This document shows, piece by piece, positions 47,001 to 55,634 of a stretch of DNA of 64,000 nt. The first letter of the stretch is position 1; the number at the start of each line of letters is the position of its first letter. The stretch comes from an uncultured Candidatus Peribacteria bacterium (GTDB lineage: Bacteria > Patescibacteriota > Gracilibacteria > Peribacterales > Peribacteraceae): contig CAZKJL010000002.1 in assembly GCA_964553135.1 (NCBI GenBank), positions 124,224 through 188,223 of the forward strand, read 5' to 3'. Both the position numbers and the translations under genes were made by a program. The notes under the pieces were generated by a model, which was given only the letters and a program-made list of their open reading frames with translations, had not been told where the DNA came from and searched no databases.

Positions 47001-48932
47001 ATGACTCCCAAACTTTCATCACAACAACAAGACGGCCTCGAACGTTTGTTCGACGGCACCGAACCTTTTGCCGTGGCCCGAGGGCAGAGGCACTCCGAAC
47101 TCGGACGACGTGTTCATATCTTTCACGGACGCGCGTCGTTTCATGACCTCTTGAACGACATTCCCCAAACGCACGAAAAGAGTGACGGACAGATCATCGA
47201 TACCGTCAGCGCCGTTCCGTTCAATCAAATCCGCGAACGTGGCTTCTCCGCGCGTTCCGCGGGCGAACGAATCTCCACGCTGTCCGTCGATGCGCGCTCC
47301 ATGATTTCCCGCCAAGTCGCACTCGATCTTTTTCCTGCCGAGACCATCGCGATGTCCGGGGACATCACTCATACGTTTTCGATGCCCGAGTACGCCGATG
47401 TCGTGCGGCGAGTGCGACGTGACGAGATCGGACGCGGCGAAGGATCCAACTTCGTCGTCGCCGACGCCGCGCGTTTCGCCGTCGAGGACATGTCGCGCGC
47501 CAAAGCTCTCTCGATTTTCCGCAAGCTCCTCGAAACCGAATTCGGTTCGTACATGCATTTCCTTTATTACGACGGAGAGCGCTACGTGGTCGGCGCATCC
47601 CCCGAAAGGCACCTGACGGTCAGTAACGGCCACGTGACCATGAACCCCATCAGCGGCACGTTCCGCAAGGAAGGGCGCACGCTCCTCAAGCAGTTCCGCA
47701 GCGACCTCATGAAGTTTCTGGGCGACAAAAAAGAAACGATGGAGCTGTGCCGCGTTCTCGACGAAGAGCTCAAGATGATGTCCGACATGTGCGACGAAGG
47801 CGGCACCGTCGTGGGACCTCTTCTCAAAGAAATGCTTCGACTCATTCACACCGAGTACGAACTCATCGGATACTCGCGCAGTCGCGCCATCGATTTGTTC
47901 CGCATGTCGATGTTCGCACCGACGGTCATCGGCGGACCTCTCGGCAATGCATGCGACATCATTCAAAAATATGAACCCGAATCGCGCGGTTACTACGGGG
48001 GCGCACTCATGATGCTCGGCCGCGATTACGCGGGACGCGAGCTTCTCGACAGCGCCATCGCCATCCGCATGGCGGAGATTACCCCCGAAGGAACGGTGAC
48101 GGTTCGGGCCGGTTCCACCATCGTGCATAACTCCGACCCGGACTCCGAAGCACGTGAGAAGCAAGCCAAAATGAGCGGTATCCTTGGTGCGTTCCGCGAC
48201 ACCGGCAAGCGCTCGTCGGTCTCGATGCCCGCCATGCCGCAGTTCGACGACGAAATCAACGAAGCGCTGGAGCGACGGAACGATACGCTCTCGTCGTTCG
48301 CACTCCATGATCAGCATGCCGAAATGCTCGCCGTTCCGGAGCTCGTGAATAAAAAAATCACCGTCATCGACAACGGCGATGATTTTTGCAAAACGCTTCG
48401 GCACATGATCGTGCGCATGGGTGCGAACGTGCATGTCGTTCCGTTTTTCAAATTTGATTCTTCATCGGATGATTCCGACATCGTCATCGTCGGTCCCGGT
48501 CCGGGAGATCCGAACGACGAACAGCATCCGAAAATACAGATGCTTTCCGGCATCGTGAGAGATCTTCGTGAGAAGAAAAAACCGATGCTCGGCGTGTGTT
48601 TGGGGCATCAGATGATTGCCCGTGATCTTGGCTTATCTGTGCGAAAAATGGATACTCCTCTCCAAGGGGTTCAGAAGCAGATCGACTACTTCGGAACGGA
48701 GACGAACGCCGGGTTCTACAACACGTTCGCCGCGGAGTCGAAACATCTCGACGGCGTGGAAATTTCTTCCGACGAACACACGCGCGATGTGTTCGCGATG
48801 CGCGGTGAGAAATTTGCGAGCGCGCAATTCCACCCAGAATCAGTTCTGTCGCAAGACGGATTGAAAATACTTCGTGATGCGCTTATTCGTTTAGCACAAG
48901 CCGAAATTCCGCCTTCCGAAAAAATTTCGTGA
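47001..48932 (+). CDS. Fused chorismate-utilising enzyme (MST family) plus class I glutamine amidotransferase (PhzE / TrpE(G)-like order)
   Basis: The N-terminal chorismate-binding domain has GSNFVVADA..., ERHLTV..., GGALMMLG... The C-terminal GATase has GVCLGHQMI and the H/E triad context. Confidence 0.8.
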   Translation: MTPKLSSQQQDGLERLFDGTEPFAVARGQRHSELGRRVHIFHGRASFHDLLNDIPQTHEKSDGQIIDTVSAVPFNQIRERGFSARSAGERISTLSVDARSMISRQVALDLFPAETIAMSGDITHTFSMPEYADVVRRVRRDEIGRGEGSNFVVADAARFAVEDMSRAKALSIFRKLLETEFGSYMHFLYYDGERYVVGASPERHLTVSNGHVTMNPISGTFRKEGRTLLKQFRSDLMKFLGDKKETMELCRVLDEELKMMSDMCDEGGTVVGPLLKEMLRLIHTEYELIGYSRSRAIDLFRMSMFAPTVIGGPLGNACDIIQKYEPESRGYYGGALMMLGRDYAGRELLDSAIAIRMAEITPEGTVTVRAGSTIVHNSDPDSEAREKQAKMSGILGAFRDTGKRSSVSMPAMPQFDDEINEALERRNDTLSSFALHDQHAEMLAVPELVNKKITVIDNGDDFCKTLRHMIVRMGANVHVVPFFKFDSSSDDSDIVIVGPGPGDPNDEQHPKIQMLSGIVRDLREKKKPMLGVCLGHQMIARDLGLSVRKMDTPLQGVQKQIDYFGTETNAGFYNTFAAESKHLDGVEISSDEHTRDVFAMRGEKFASAQFHPESVLSQDGLKILRDALIRLAQAEIPPSEKIS

Positions 48933-48951
48933 TGCACGCATGCGCTTGAAC

Positions 48952-48988
48952 ATGCGGAGATCTTCTTTTCATTCGGAGATCTCCGCAT
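48952..48988 (+). terminator. Strong hairpin after the PhzE-like gene (no T-run)
   Basis: ATGCGGAGATCT and AGATCTCCGCAT form a 12-bp perfect stem with a 13-nt loop, 20 nt after the stop codon. Confidence 0.4.
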
Positions 48989-49161
48989 ACAATGGAAGGA
49001 GTTTTATTTTCTTCCAATTCCCTTCATGGCCAAGGCCAAGAAAGCAAAGAAGTCGAAGGCGAAGACCAAGAAGAAGAAGGCGACGAAAAAGAAAAGGAAA
49101 TAGTCGCCATCCTTTTTGAGGAAAGACGTCCTGCTTGCGGGGCGTTTTTCCGGTACGGCCG

Positions 49162-50811
49162 TTAGAGCTTCTTTTTGGCTTCTGCAAGCGCCTTTGCGGT
49201 CTTCGGATCCATCGTCGCCAGGATCTCCAGCTCCCTCACCGCCTCTTTCATTTTTCCAAGCTTACCGTACGCCGTCGCGAGATTTCTGTGCGCGTCGGGG
49301 AAGTCGGGAAACAGTGCGATGGATTTTTCGTACGCGGTCGCGGCGTCGCTCCACCGTGAAATGTTTTGATACGCGACACCCAGATTGTAGTGCGCCTTGA
49401 ACGAATCGTCCTTCATCGTCGATGCACGCTCCAGCATCGCGAGTCCTTCCTCGCGTCGGCCTTCTCCGAGCAATAGAATCCCAAGGTCGATGGCGGCATC
49501 GGCGTAATCGGACTTCATCTTGAGCGCCGCCTCGTATGCGATTTCGGCTTGCATGGGCCGTTTATCCGCTTCGAGCGCCATGCCGAGTCCGTACGCGGCG
49601 CGGCTGTCATCGGGATGTTTTTGGAGCGTGTCCACGTGGAGCATCACGCTGTCGCGGAACACGAACGTACGAAGCACGGTGAGAAATGCCAGCACGATGA
49701 GCACGCACGCCGAACCGATGACCAGAATCTTTCGTGTCGCGGCGCGAACGTGCGGATGTGAAAAAAGTTTCGTCCACACCGAGGCGACGATCAGAAAAAT
49801 TCCGATGGACGGAAGATAGGCGTACCGCTCCGACGCCAGTAGATAGAACTCGTTGCCGCGCGTGTAGTGCACGAGCGTCGGTGCCAGAGTCACGCAGAAA
49901 AAGACCCATCCCCACCACGGTGCCGGAAGCTTCTTTACGGCTTTCCAGAGGGTAAAAGTCAGTCCTCCGACGACGGCAATGGCCAGAGGAAGTTCGGGGC
50001 TCCAGAGCTGTGTCTTTGGGACCGCATGCATGATCGCTTGGCCGGAGGGCATCACCGTCAGTTTCAGATAAAAGAAGATCGAACGAAACGCCATGACGAT
50101 CATCGGTTGAAGCTCCAACGTTTTCCCCACCGTTGTCTTGCCGACGATCGCGACGATGCCGAACAACATTGCGAATCCGAAAAACGGCCACAGTTTTTTG
50201 ACCGACCTTCGTGTTCCGCCTTTGTTCCATTCGATGACAAGCAAGACGAGCGGCAGCGTGAGCGCCGTCACCTTGCTTCCGAGTGCGAGAACGAAAAGGA
50301 CGATGCTCCACACGCAGGACGCTTTCGCTCGGGTGTCACCGTGGTGCAGATACGCGCGAAGTGACGCCAAAAAGAAGAACGCACTCAGGACGTCTTTCCG
50401 GGAACTCACCCACAGCACCGCTTCGGCATTCAGCGGATGCAGCGCGAAGAGCGCCGCCGTGATCCCTGCGACCATTTCGCTCTTCGTCAGCTTTTTGACG
50501 ATCGACCACACGAGGAGCGTCGATCCCAGGTGCAGGAGCAGATTGATCGCGTGGAAGTGCCACGCATGCAGGCCGAACATCCACGTTTCGATTTGATACG
50601 AGAAGAAGGTGACGGGGATGTAGAGTTCCGGATCGAAATGCGTGAGCACGTACCACAGGCTTGAGAATGCGGGCACCAGCACGTGCGTGTTCTCGGTCAC
50701 GAGCAACGGATCATCGACGTTCACGAATCCGTTCCACAGTGACGCAGCGTAGACCGCCGCCGTCACGACAAGCAAAAGGCATCGCCATGGATATCGTCGT
50801 ATCAAGCTCAC
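49162..50811 (-). CDS. GT-C-like polytopic membrane domain fused to C-terminal TPR repeats (TMTC/PMT-like)
   Basis: 549 aa. The N-terminal ~400 aa are polytopic, and the C-terminal ~140 aa are TPR repeats (AAYGLGMALEADKR..., AHYNLGVAYQNISR..., AHRNLATAYGKLGK). Confidence 0.7.
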   Translation of the reverse strand: MSLIRRYPWRCLLLVVTAAVYAASLWNGFVNVDDPLLVTENTHVLVPAFSSLWYVLTHFDPELYIPVTFFSYQIETWMFGLHAWHFHAINLLLHLGSTLLVWSIVKKLTKSEMVAGITAALFALHPLNAEAVLWVSSRKDVLSAFFFLASLRAYLHHGDTRAKASCVWSIVLFVLALGSKVTALTLPLVLLVIEWNKGGTRRSVKKLWPFFGFAMLFGIVAIVGKTTVGKTLELQPMIVMAFRSIFFYLKLTVMPSGQAIMHAVPKTQLWSPELPLAIAVVGGLTFTLWKAVKKLPAPWWGWVFFCVTLAPTLVHYTRGNEFYLLASERYAYLPSIGIFLIVASVWTKLFSHPHVRAATRKILVIGSACVLIVLAFLTVLRTFVFRDSVMLHVDTLQKHPDDSRAAYGLGMALEADKRPMQAEIAYEAALKMKSDYADAAIDLGILLLGEGRREEGLAMLERASTMKDDSFKAHYNLGVAYQNISRWSDAATAYEKSIALFPDFPDAHRNLATAYGKLGKMKEAVRELEILATMDPKTAKALAEAKKKL

Positions 50812-50856
50812 GGGGAGGAGTGTACGCCGATTTGACGCACCCTGTAGAATGAAAGC

Positions 50857-51372
50857 ATGAAGAAAGAGAAATCCGCATCATCGGCCAAGAACGTTCATAC
50901 CGAGACGGCCATTTTTGCCGCAGGTTGTTTCTGGGGCGTGGAGGAAACGTTCCGTCAGCTTCCGGGCGTCATCGCTACCGAAGTCGGCTACACGGGCGGA
51001 CACGTGGAGAATCCCACGTACGAACAGGTGTGCACCGACCAAACCGGCCATGCCGAGGCGGTGAAGATCACGTTCGATCCCGCCGTGATCGCGTACGGCA
51101 AGTTGCTCGACGTCTTCTTTGCCAATCACAACCCCACGTGTCTCAACTATCAGGGGCCCGACTTCGGTTCGCAGTATCGCTCGGCGATTTTCTACGAGTC
51201 GCCCGTGCACAAGGCCATCGCCGAAGAAACCGTGGAGCGTGAGCGCCGCAGCGGCAAGTGGGGCGGACGACCGGTGGTCACGCAGATCGTTCCTGTCGTG
51301 CCGTTCTACTCCGCGGAGGCCTACCATCAGAAATACCTCATGAAGCGGGGACTGGGCTCATGCCATCTGTAA
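50857..51372 (+). CDS. msrA: Peptide-methionine (S)-S-oxide reductase
   Basis: 171 aa with AAGCFWGVEETF and GYTGG motifs. Confidence 0.93.
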   Translation: MKKEKSASSAKNVHTETAIFAAGCFWGVEETFRQLPGVIATEVGYTGGHVENPTYEQVCTDQTGHAEAVKITFDPAVIAYGKLLDVFFANHNPTCLNYQGPDFGSQYRSAIFYESPVHKAIAEETVERERRSGKWGGRPVVTQIVPVVPFYSAEAYHQKYLMKRGLGSCHL

Positions 51373-52465
51373 GCTCCGGTTTTCTTGGAAGCAGTGCGCG
51401 TACGTCGCTCACGCGTCCGAATTCGATGTAGCGGTAGCTTAGCCAGCCGACGAGTGAGAGCATGACGGACATGCGGAAGAAATTGAACGGTGTCATCTCA
51501 ATGGTGAACATGTGCATGACAAATGGATGCCACAGATACAGCGAATAGCTCATCATGCCGATGAGTTGCAGAGGGCGATTGCCGAAGATCATGTGCAGTA
51601 CCGTATTTTTCGTATGAACAAGCCCAAGCAGAAGCGCCGTGCAACCGACGGAAAACAGCGTCGTGATGACGGGGAACATCCGCGGCGTCAGATGCCATTC
51701 ACTCACTTTCAGCCTGTCGTGCAGCAGGAAAGCCGCTCCGATAAACGCAATGCCCGCGAGAACGAGCGTGAGCGGTTTGCGGATACGGTAACCGACGTGC
51801 ATGTACGCTGCCGCAATTCCCAGGCTGAAATAAAAAGCGTCACCGAGGACATTGTTGCTCACGTAATTCACGCCGGCTCCCAACGTGATGGCCCCCCACC
51901 ATTGCATCGCCAAACTGAAGAATGCGATCGTGACCATGGTTCGCAGCATTCCGTATCGACCAACGGCCCACAGCACTCCGGGCATGAGCACGCAGAACCA
52001 AATTTCCGAACCAATGGACCACAGGACGCCGTTGTACCCGGGGAACCACATCCAGGGAATGAAGTGGAACGTGGCGGTTCCCATCAGAAAAATGTCGCGC
52101 AACATGTTCGACATGTTGTTCGGCAGGCTGTTGTGAATCCCTACAACGATTGCGAGATGAAGGTAGTAGAGCGGTAAGAGACGGAATGCACGTTTTTTGT
52201 AGAACCACAGCACATCGTCTTGCGTCATCATCGTTCGAGTTCCCATGGCGTACGGCAACGCCAATACGAACCCTGAGATGATGAAGAATAGGAACACCGC
52301 CATTTGGCCGTTCTGCAGAAAACCGTAGTGCAGCAGCGTTTTTTCCCCAACGGTCACGAGAGGCAGCGATGTTCGCGGTCCCACGAGCGGATACCAGATG
52401 TGGTACGCGATCACCGTCAGAATCGCCATGCCTCGGAGTCCGTTGATGGCGGGAATTTTTTTCAT
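51338..52465 (-). CDS. Acyltransferase family 3 (OafA-like) membrane protein
   Basis: 375 aa from MKKIPAINGLRGMAILTVIAYH... The ORF-track N-terminal extension is rejected. Confidence 0.8.
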   Translation of the reverse strand: MKKIPAINGLRGMAILTVIAYHIWYPLVGPRTSLPLVTVGEKTLLHYGFLQNGQMAVFLFFIISGFVLALPYAMGTRTMMTQDDVLWFYKKRAFRLLPLYYLHLAIVVGIHNSLPNNMSNMLRDIFLMGTATFHFIPWMWFPGYNGVLWSIGSEIWFCVLMPGVLWAVGRYGMLRTMVTIAFFSLAMQWWGAITLGAGVNYVSNNVLGDAFYFSLGIAAAYMHVGYRIRKPLTLVLAGIAFIGAAFLLHDRLKVSEWHLTPRMFPVITTLFSVGCTALLLGLVHTKNTVLHMIFGNRPLQLIGMMSYSLYLWHPFVMHMFTIEMTPFNFFRMSVMLSLVGWLSYRYIEFGRVSDVRALLPRKPELTDGMSPVPAS

Positions 52466-52467
52466 GG

Positions 52468-53040
52468 TCAGGGGTAAAACTTTTTCCCGTTCTTCATCAT
52501 ATCCAGGAACGTATCGAATCGCTTTTTGCGCGTTTCCGGTTTCTTGGCCGTTTGCAAACGATGATAAATCGCATACTTGTTGGTCTTGTTGAGCGACTCG
52601 TAAAAAGCGAGCGCCTTTTTGTTTTTCTTCAGCGCATTCAGAAAATCTTCCGGAACCGTGGCCAGCCCCTGGCCGTGGTAGGCGCGGTCCCACCGACCGT
52701 CTTTTTTGGCGTCCTCCACTTCTTTCATGCCCGCCGGGCGCATCTTGCCTTCTTTCGTCAGTCGCTCCACCGATGCCACGTTGATCTTGGACCAGTTGCC
52801 GCCCTTCTTTCGGGGCGTGAAGCGCTGCAAATACGAAAGATCGTCGCCTTTGTGGCGGACGCCGTCGATCCATCCGAAACACAGTCCAATGACGATGGAC
52901 TCGGGATACGTGAGGTTCTGCTTGCCGGAATCCTTCTTAAACAGCCTCAGCCACACTCCTTTGGACGTCGTGTGGTTTGCATCGAGCCAGTCTTCCCAGC
53001 CTTGGGCGGATGTCGGTGCGACGATGGGGAGGTCTGCCAT
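52468..53040 (-). CDS. YdeI/OmpD-associated family protein
   Basis: 190 aa: WEDWLDANHTTSKGVWLRLFKK..., CFGWIDGVRHK..., and a C-terminal ...RKKRFDTFLDM pattern typical of the family. Confidence 0.7.
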   Translation of the reverse strand: MADLPIVAPTSAQGWEDWLDANHTTSKGVWLRLFKKDSGKQNLTYPESIVIGLCFGWIDGVRHKGDDLSYLQRFTPRKKGGNWSKINVASVERLTKEGKMRPAGMKEVEDAKKDGRWDRAYHGQGLATVPEDFLNALKKNKKALAFYESLNKTNKYAIYHRLQTAKKPETRKKRFDTFLDMMKNGKKFYP

Positions 53041-53105
53041 ACGTCGTCCAGGGTACCACGATCGGCTGCAAGGATTCGGTGTATCATCCGTCTCCTTCTA
53101 CGATC

Positions 53106-53645
53106 ATGAAGCGTCTCTCCTTTTTTCTTGCGGCAATCATCCTCGTCGGAAGCGCACTGGTGCTGCCCGAGGCGCTGGCGCGTACGCTCAATGCCGAATA
53201 TCGCACCTGCATGCAGCAGGCGGTTTCCAGGTATCAATCGGCGATCATCGGCAACCAGCGCACGTACAACGATGCGCTCATCGCGGCGATGGAGCATAAG
53301 AAAGACGGTTACGTGAATTCGTGGAACAACGAAGACGAGTCGGCCCAGCAAGCCGGCGTCCGCGAAGCGGACAAGCAATGGAGCCGCGAGTACACCGATG
53401 CGCGCAAGCAGAAGAGCGATGCCGACCGTGTCGCAAGCAACGACTACAGCAACGACCGTAAACCGTGCGGTCCGCTCAAGAATCCCAAAACTCCGCCCAC
53501 CCCACCCTCACCTCCGCCACCGCCACCCGCGCCCACGAACCCCGGCCTCTGCCCCGAGGGCTACAGAAGCGTTTGCCGCAGCCCGTGCGCCGATCCGAAC
53601 CAGATCTGCATCATGATCTGTATTCATGGCTGCGAGAGGATTTAG
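53106..53645 (+). CDS. Secreted protein with a Pro-rich segment and a Cys-rich C-terminus
   Basis: Signal peptide MKRLSFFLAAIILVGSALVLPEALA, a poly-Pro run, then eight Cys in the last ~65 aa. Confidence 0.6.
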   Translation: MKRLSFFLAAIILVGSALVLPEALARTLNAEYRTCMQQAVSRYQSAIIGNQRTYNDALIAAMEHKKDGYVNSWNNEDESAQQAGVREADKQWSREYTDARKQKSDADRVASNDYSNDRKPCGPLKNPKTPPTPPSPPPPPPAPTNPGLCPEGYRSVCRSPCADPNQICIMICIHGCERI

Positions 53646-53803
53646 GCAGGTGCCCTGGCCAAAACCGGCGGAAATGGGTAACCTCCCCACGCGAAACCGT
53701 TGGGGAGTCCCTCCTTCGTCCCGCATATGCGGGACTACGGCGGGCAGGCGCCAAGCCCCCCATGTCGTTTCCATGGTCTCCGACCATGATCTTTCTACAG
53801 CAT

Positions 53804-53878
53804 TGGGGAGTCGCCAAGCGGTAAGGCAACGGGCTCTGAACCCGTCATTCGGGGGTTCGAATCCCTCCTCCCCAGCCA
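53804..53878 (+). tRNA. tRNA-Gln (anticodon CTG), CCA encoded
   Basis: TGGGGAG TC GCCAAGCGGTAAGGCA ACGGG CTCTGAA CCCGT CATTC GGGGG TTCGAAT CCCTC CTCCCCA G CCA. It aligns position-for-position with the E. coli tRNA-Gln architecture, including U1-A72. Confidence 0.92.
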
Positions 53879-53897
53879 CCTAAAAAAAGGTGTAAAT

Positions 53898-53911
53898 AGA
53901 CCCACGTGCCT
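53898..53911. repeat. Left direct repeat of the islet
   Basis: AGACCCACGTGCCT is identical to 55366-55379. Partial similarity continues (..CTAA..CTTC). Confidence 0.85.
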
Positions 53912-53927
53912 ATCTAAAAACCTTCTA

Positions 53928-54689
53928 TTACAGATGCAACTTCCTTTTTTCGACTTCGATTATTCCAAGTTTTGTAATGAAATAAATGCTCTCGTTGAAG
54001 TGCAAGAATGCACTTACATTGACAAGTCTATGAAGGGTTCTACGAAGATTTTTTCGCATAGCGGGTTTTACCCATTGTTCCAAGTCAGCATAGGAAGCAC
54101 CCTTGCTCCCACATTCGTACAAAAGTAATAATACATAATCACTCGCACCCAAATTTGGTTTTAATACTTTAAGGAAGCCGCTGAAATCCTGAACTGCTGG
54201 CGCCCTCCTGCTGATAAGATTTTCGATAATGTTCTGAGCCTCATTTGCTGAACATGCATGGTACAGACGTATAAATTCAGCCATAACCCAATCCAGTATT
54301 GAAATGACCAGAGTTGCATCCTGCAAGTTCGGATCGATCCCATCTGCAAGGTGGGCCGCATCTCGATTATTGCGAATGTCATATGTGACTCGTAGAGCCC
54401 TGGGAATATGTAGACGAATTGAGTCAGAGCACTTCCCTTTTGGGATATTAGCTAACGCAGTGATTAGTTTTTCAGCATCTAAGGATCTATTCAAACTTGT
54501 AGATTTTCCAAATGCAATCTGTTCAAGCAAGCGAAAAGCTGCTTCGCAAAAACGACCACCTTCAACTGCACTTAGTCTCAATCCACCAGCATAGAAGTTC
54601 AATTTTGACTCCTCATAAGCAGCTAGGAGTTCGTCAACGATCTTTGGATCGCAATGTTTTGAGAGGCTACTACGGATAATATTTTGCAT
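53928..54689 (-). CDS. HEPN-like N-terminal domain plus C-terminal winged-helix-like domain protein
   Basis: 253 aa. The helical N-terminal region ends in YDIRNNRDAAHL (Rx6H, with Asn after Arg, as in HEPN RNases). The C-terminal part (YVLLLLYECGSKGASYADLEQWV...LHRLVNVSAFLHF) looks like a winged helix. This assignment is inference only. Confidence 0.55.
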   Translation of the reverse strand: MQNIIRSSLSKHCDPKIVDELLAAYEESKLNFYAGGLRLSAVEGGRFCEAAFRLLEQIAFGKSTSLNRSLDAEKLITALANIPKGKCSDSIRLHIPRALRVTYDIRNNRDAAHLADGIDPNLQDATLVISILDWVMAEFIRLYHACSANEAQNIIENLISRRAPAVQDFSGFLKVLKPNLGASDYVLLLLYECGSKGASYADLEQWVKPAMRKNLRRTLHRLVNVSAFLHFNESIYFITKLGIIEVEKRKLHL

Positions 54690-54718
54690 AAGGCTTGATA
54701 AGATTTAGAATCTTCAAC

Positions 54719-55279
54719 TTACTTCCCCTTCGTCTTAGATTTCTTTGAACGGGTCTTCTTTTTAGGAAGAGAACAATCCTGTATTGCTTTCTTGACCTTT
54801 TCGCGATCAGGAAGGGCATTAACCACTGCTTCACCAAGAGAAGTTATCTGCTTATTTCCGCCACCCGCCTTTGCAAGATATTGAGCTGAAGCCGCATTGC
54901 GTGCCGATACAGACGCATTGGTAAAATCTTTCATTGCGGCTTCAGTATTTAATTTTGTAAGGTCTCGTGTTTTGAACATTGGTGTTTCACGATGATAGGC
55001 CAGATAATATGCAAGGCATGTAATACGTTCAATTTCTGAAGCAGGCTTCTTCAGAGCCATGAAGGATTTCGGCGTTGAGGAATTATCACCAGAAATAGCT
55101 GTAGCAACACCCGATTCTTTTTCGGTATTTTCCAATGAATGCATTGCTTGAGGGTTTATTGAAGCGCCCATGATCAATGTAATAATCTTTAGCGCAATAG
55201 CTTCAGAGACGGGCTTCTCGTTCATTAAAATGTCACCACCGGATAAAGTAACTTTATAGACGCTTTCTTTTGAGGTCAT
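54719..55279 (-). CDS. Orphan protein, partner of the HEPN-like gene
   Basis: 186 aa ending 29 nt upstream of the 53928..54689 gene. It has the basic tail KKKTRSKKSKTKGK. No motif recognised. Confidence 0.55.
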   Translation of the reverse strand: MTSKESVYKVTLSGGDILMNEKPVSEAIALKIITLIMGASINPQAMHSLENTEKESGVATAISGDNSSTPKSFMALKKPASEIERITCLAYYLAYHRETPMFKTRDLTKLNTEAAMKDFTNASVSARNAASAQYLAKAGGGNKQITSLGEAVVNALPDREKVKKAIQDCSLPKKKTRSKKSKTKGK

Positions 55280-55302
55280 AAATAATAGGGTAAATAATAA
55301 AA

Positions 55303-55348
55303 ATCCTAAAATTAGGATATTTATGCCTTAAATGATTGTCAATCATTT
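55303..55348 (-). promoter_or_regulatory. Candidate promoter of the islet cassette, overlapped by two perfect palindromes
   Basis: On the minus strand: TTGACA (55342-55337), a 17-nt spacer, then TATCCT (55319-55314). The 19-bp palindrome AAATGATTGTCAATCATTT (55330-55348) covers the -35. The palindrome ATCCTAA-aa-TTAGGAT (55303-55318) covers the -10. Confidence 0.5.
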
Positions 55349-55365
55349 CTTAGAGATTTTTCTTA

Positions 55366-55379
55366 AGACCCACGTGCCT
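55366..55379. repeat. Right direct repeat of the islet
   Basis: AGACCCACGTGCCT is identical to 53898-53911. Confidence 0.85.
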
Positions 55380-55634
55380 TCCTAAGGCTTCAAGCTTGCT
55401 CTCCCAAAACCCCTGAAATACCGCCAAGGTTCTAATGTCAGACCTGTCTGTTCAGCCAAGTATTTCACGAAAGGGGCTTCGCCCCTCTCGTGCCTGCACG
55501 CCAAAGCTGCCGGCGATTCCGGCACGCAGGCGTGAGCTCACCCCAAAAATGATGCGTTCCAGGCAAGCAGAGCTTGCCTTCGCGCGTTTCTTAAAACCTT
55601 ATCATATCGATACGCACGTCCGCTTATATCAACG

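Larger units (their letters stand above)
53898..55379. mobile_element. Low-GC genomic islet bounded by direct repeats, adjacent to tRNA-Gln, with no recombinase
   Basis: Composition drops abruptly: about 37% G+C in 54001-54060 versus about 60% in 53401-53460, both hand-counted. The low-GC block is exactly delimited by the 14-bp direct repeats and contains two orphan genes. Confidence 0.65.

Noticed and set aside
53646-53803. Structured GC-rich spacer before tRNA-Gln (stems CTCCCCA/TGGGGAG, GTCCCGCAtaTGCGGGAC, CATGGTC/GACCATG), considered as an ncRNA
   Set aside because: I found no match to the conserved cores I know for SRP RNA, RNase P RNA, tmRNA or 6S RNA. It is more simply a terminator or processing leader between the secreted-protein gene and the tRNA. 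It also contains a 10-nt copy of the tRNA 5' end (TTGGGGAGTC).
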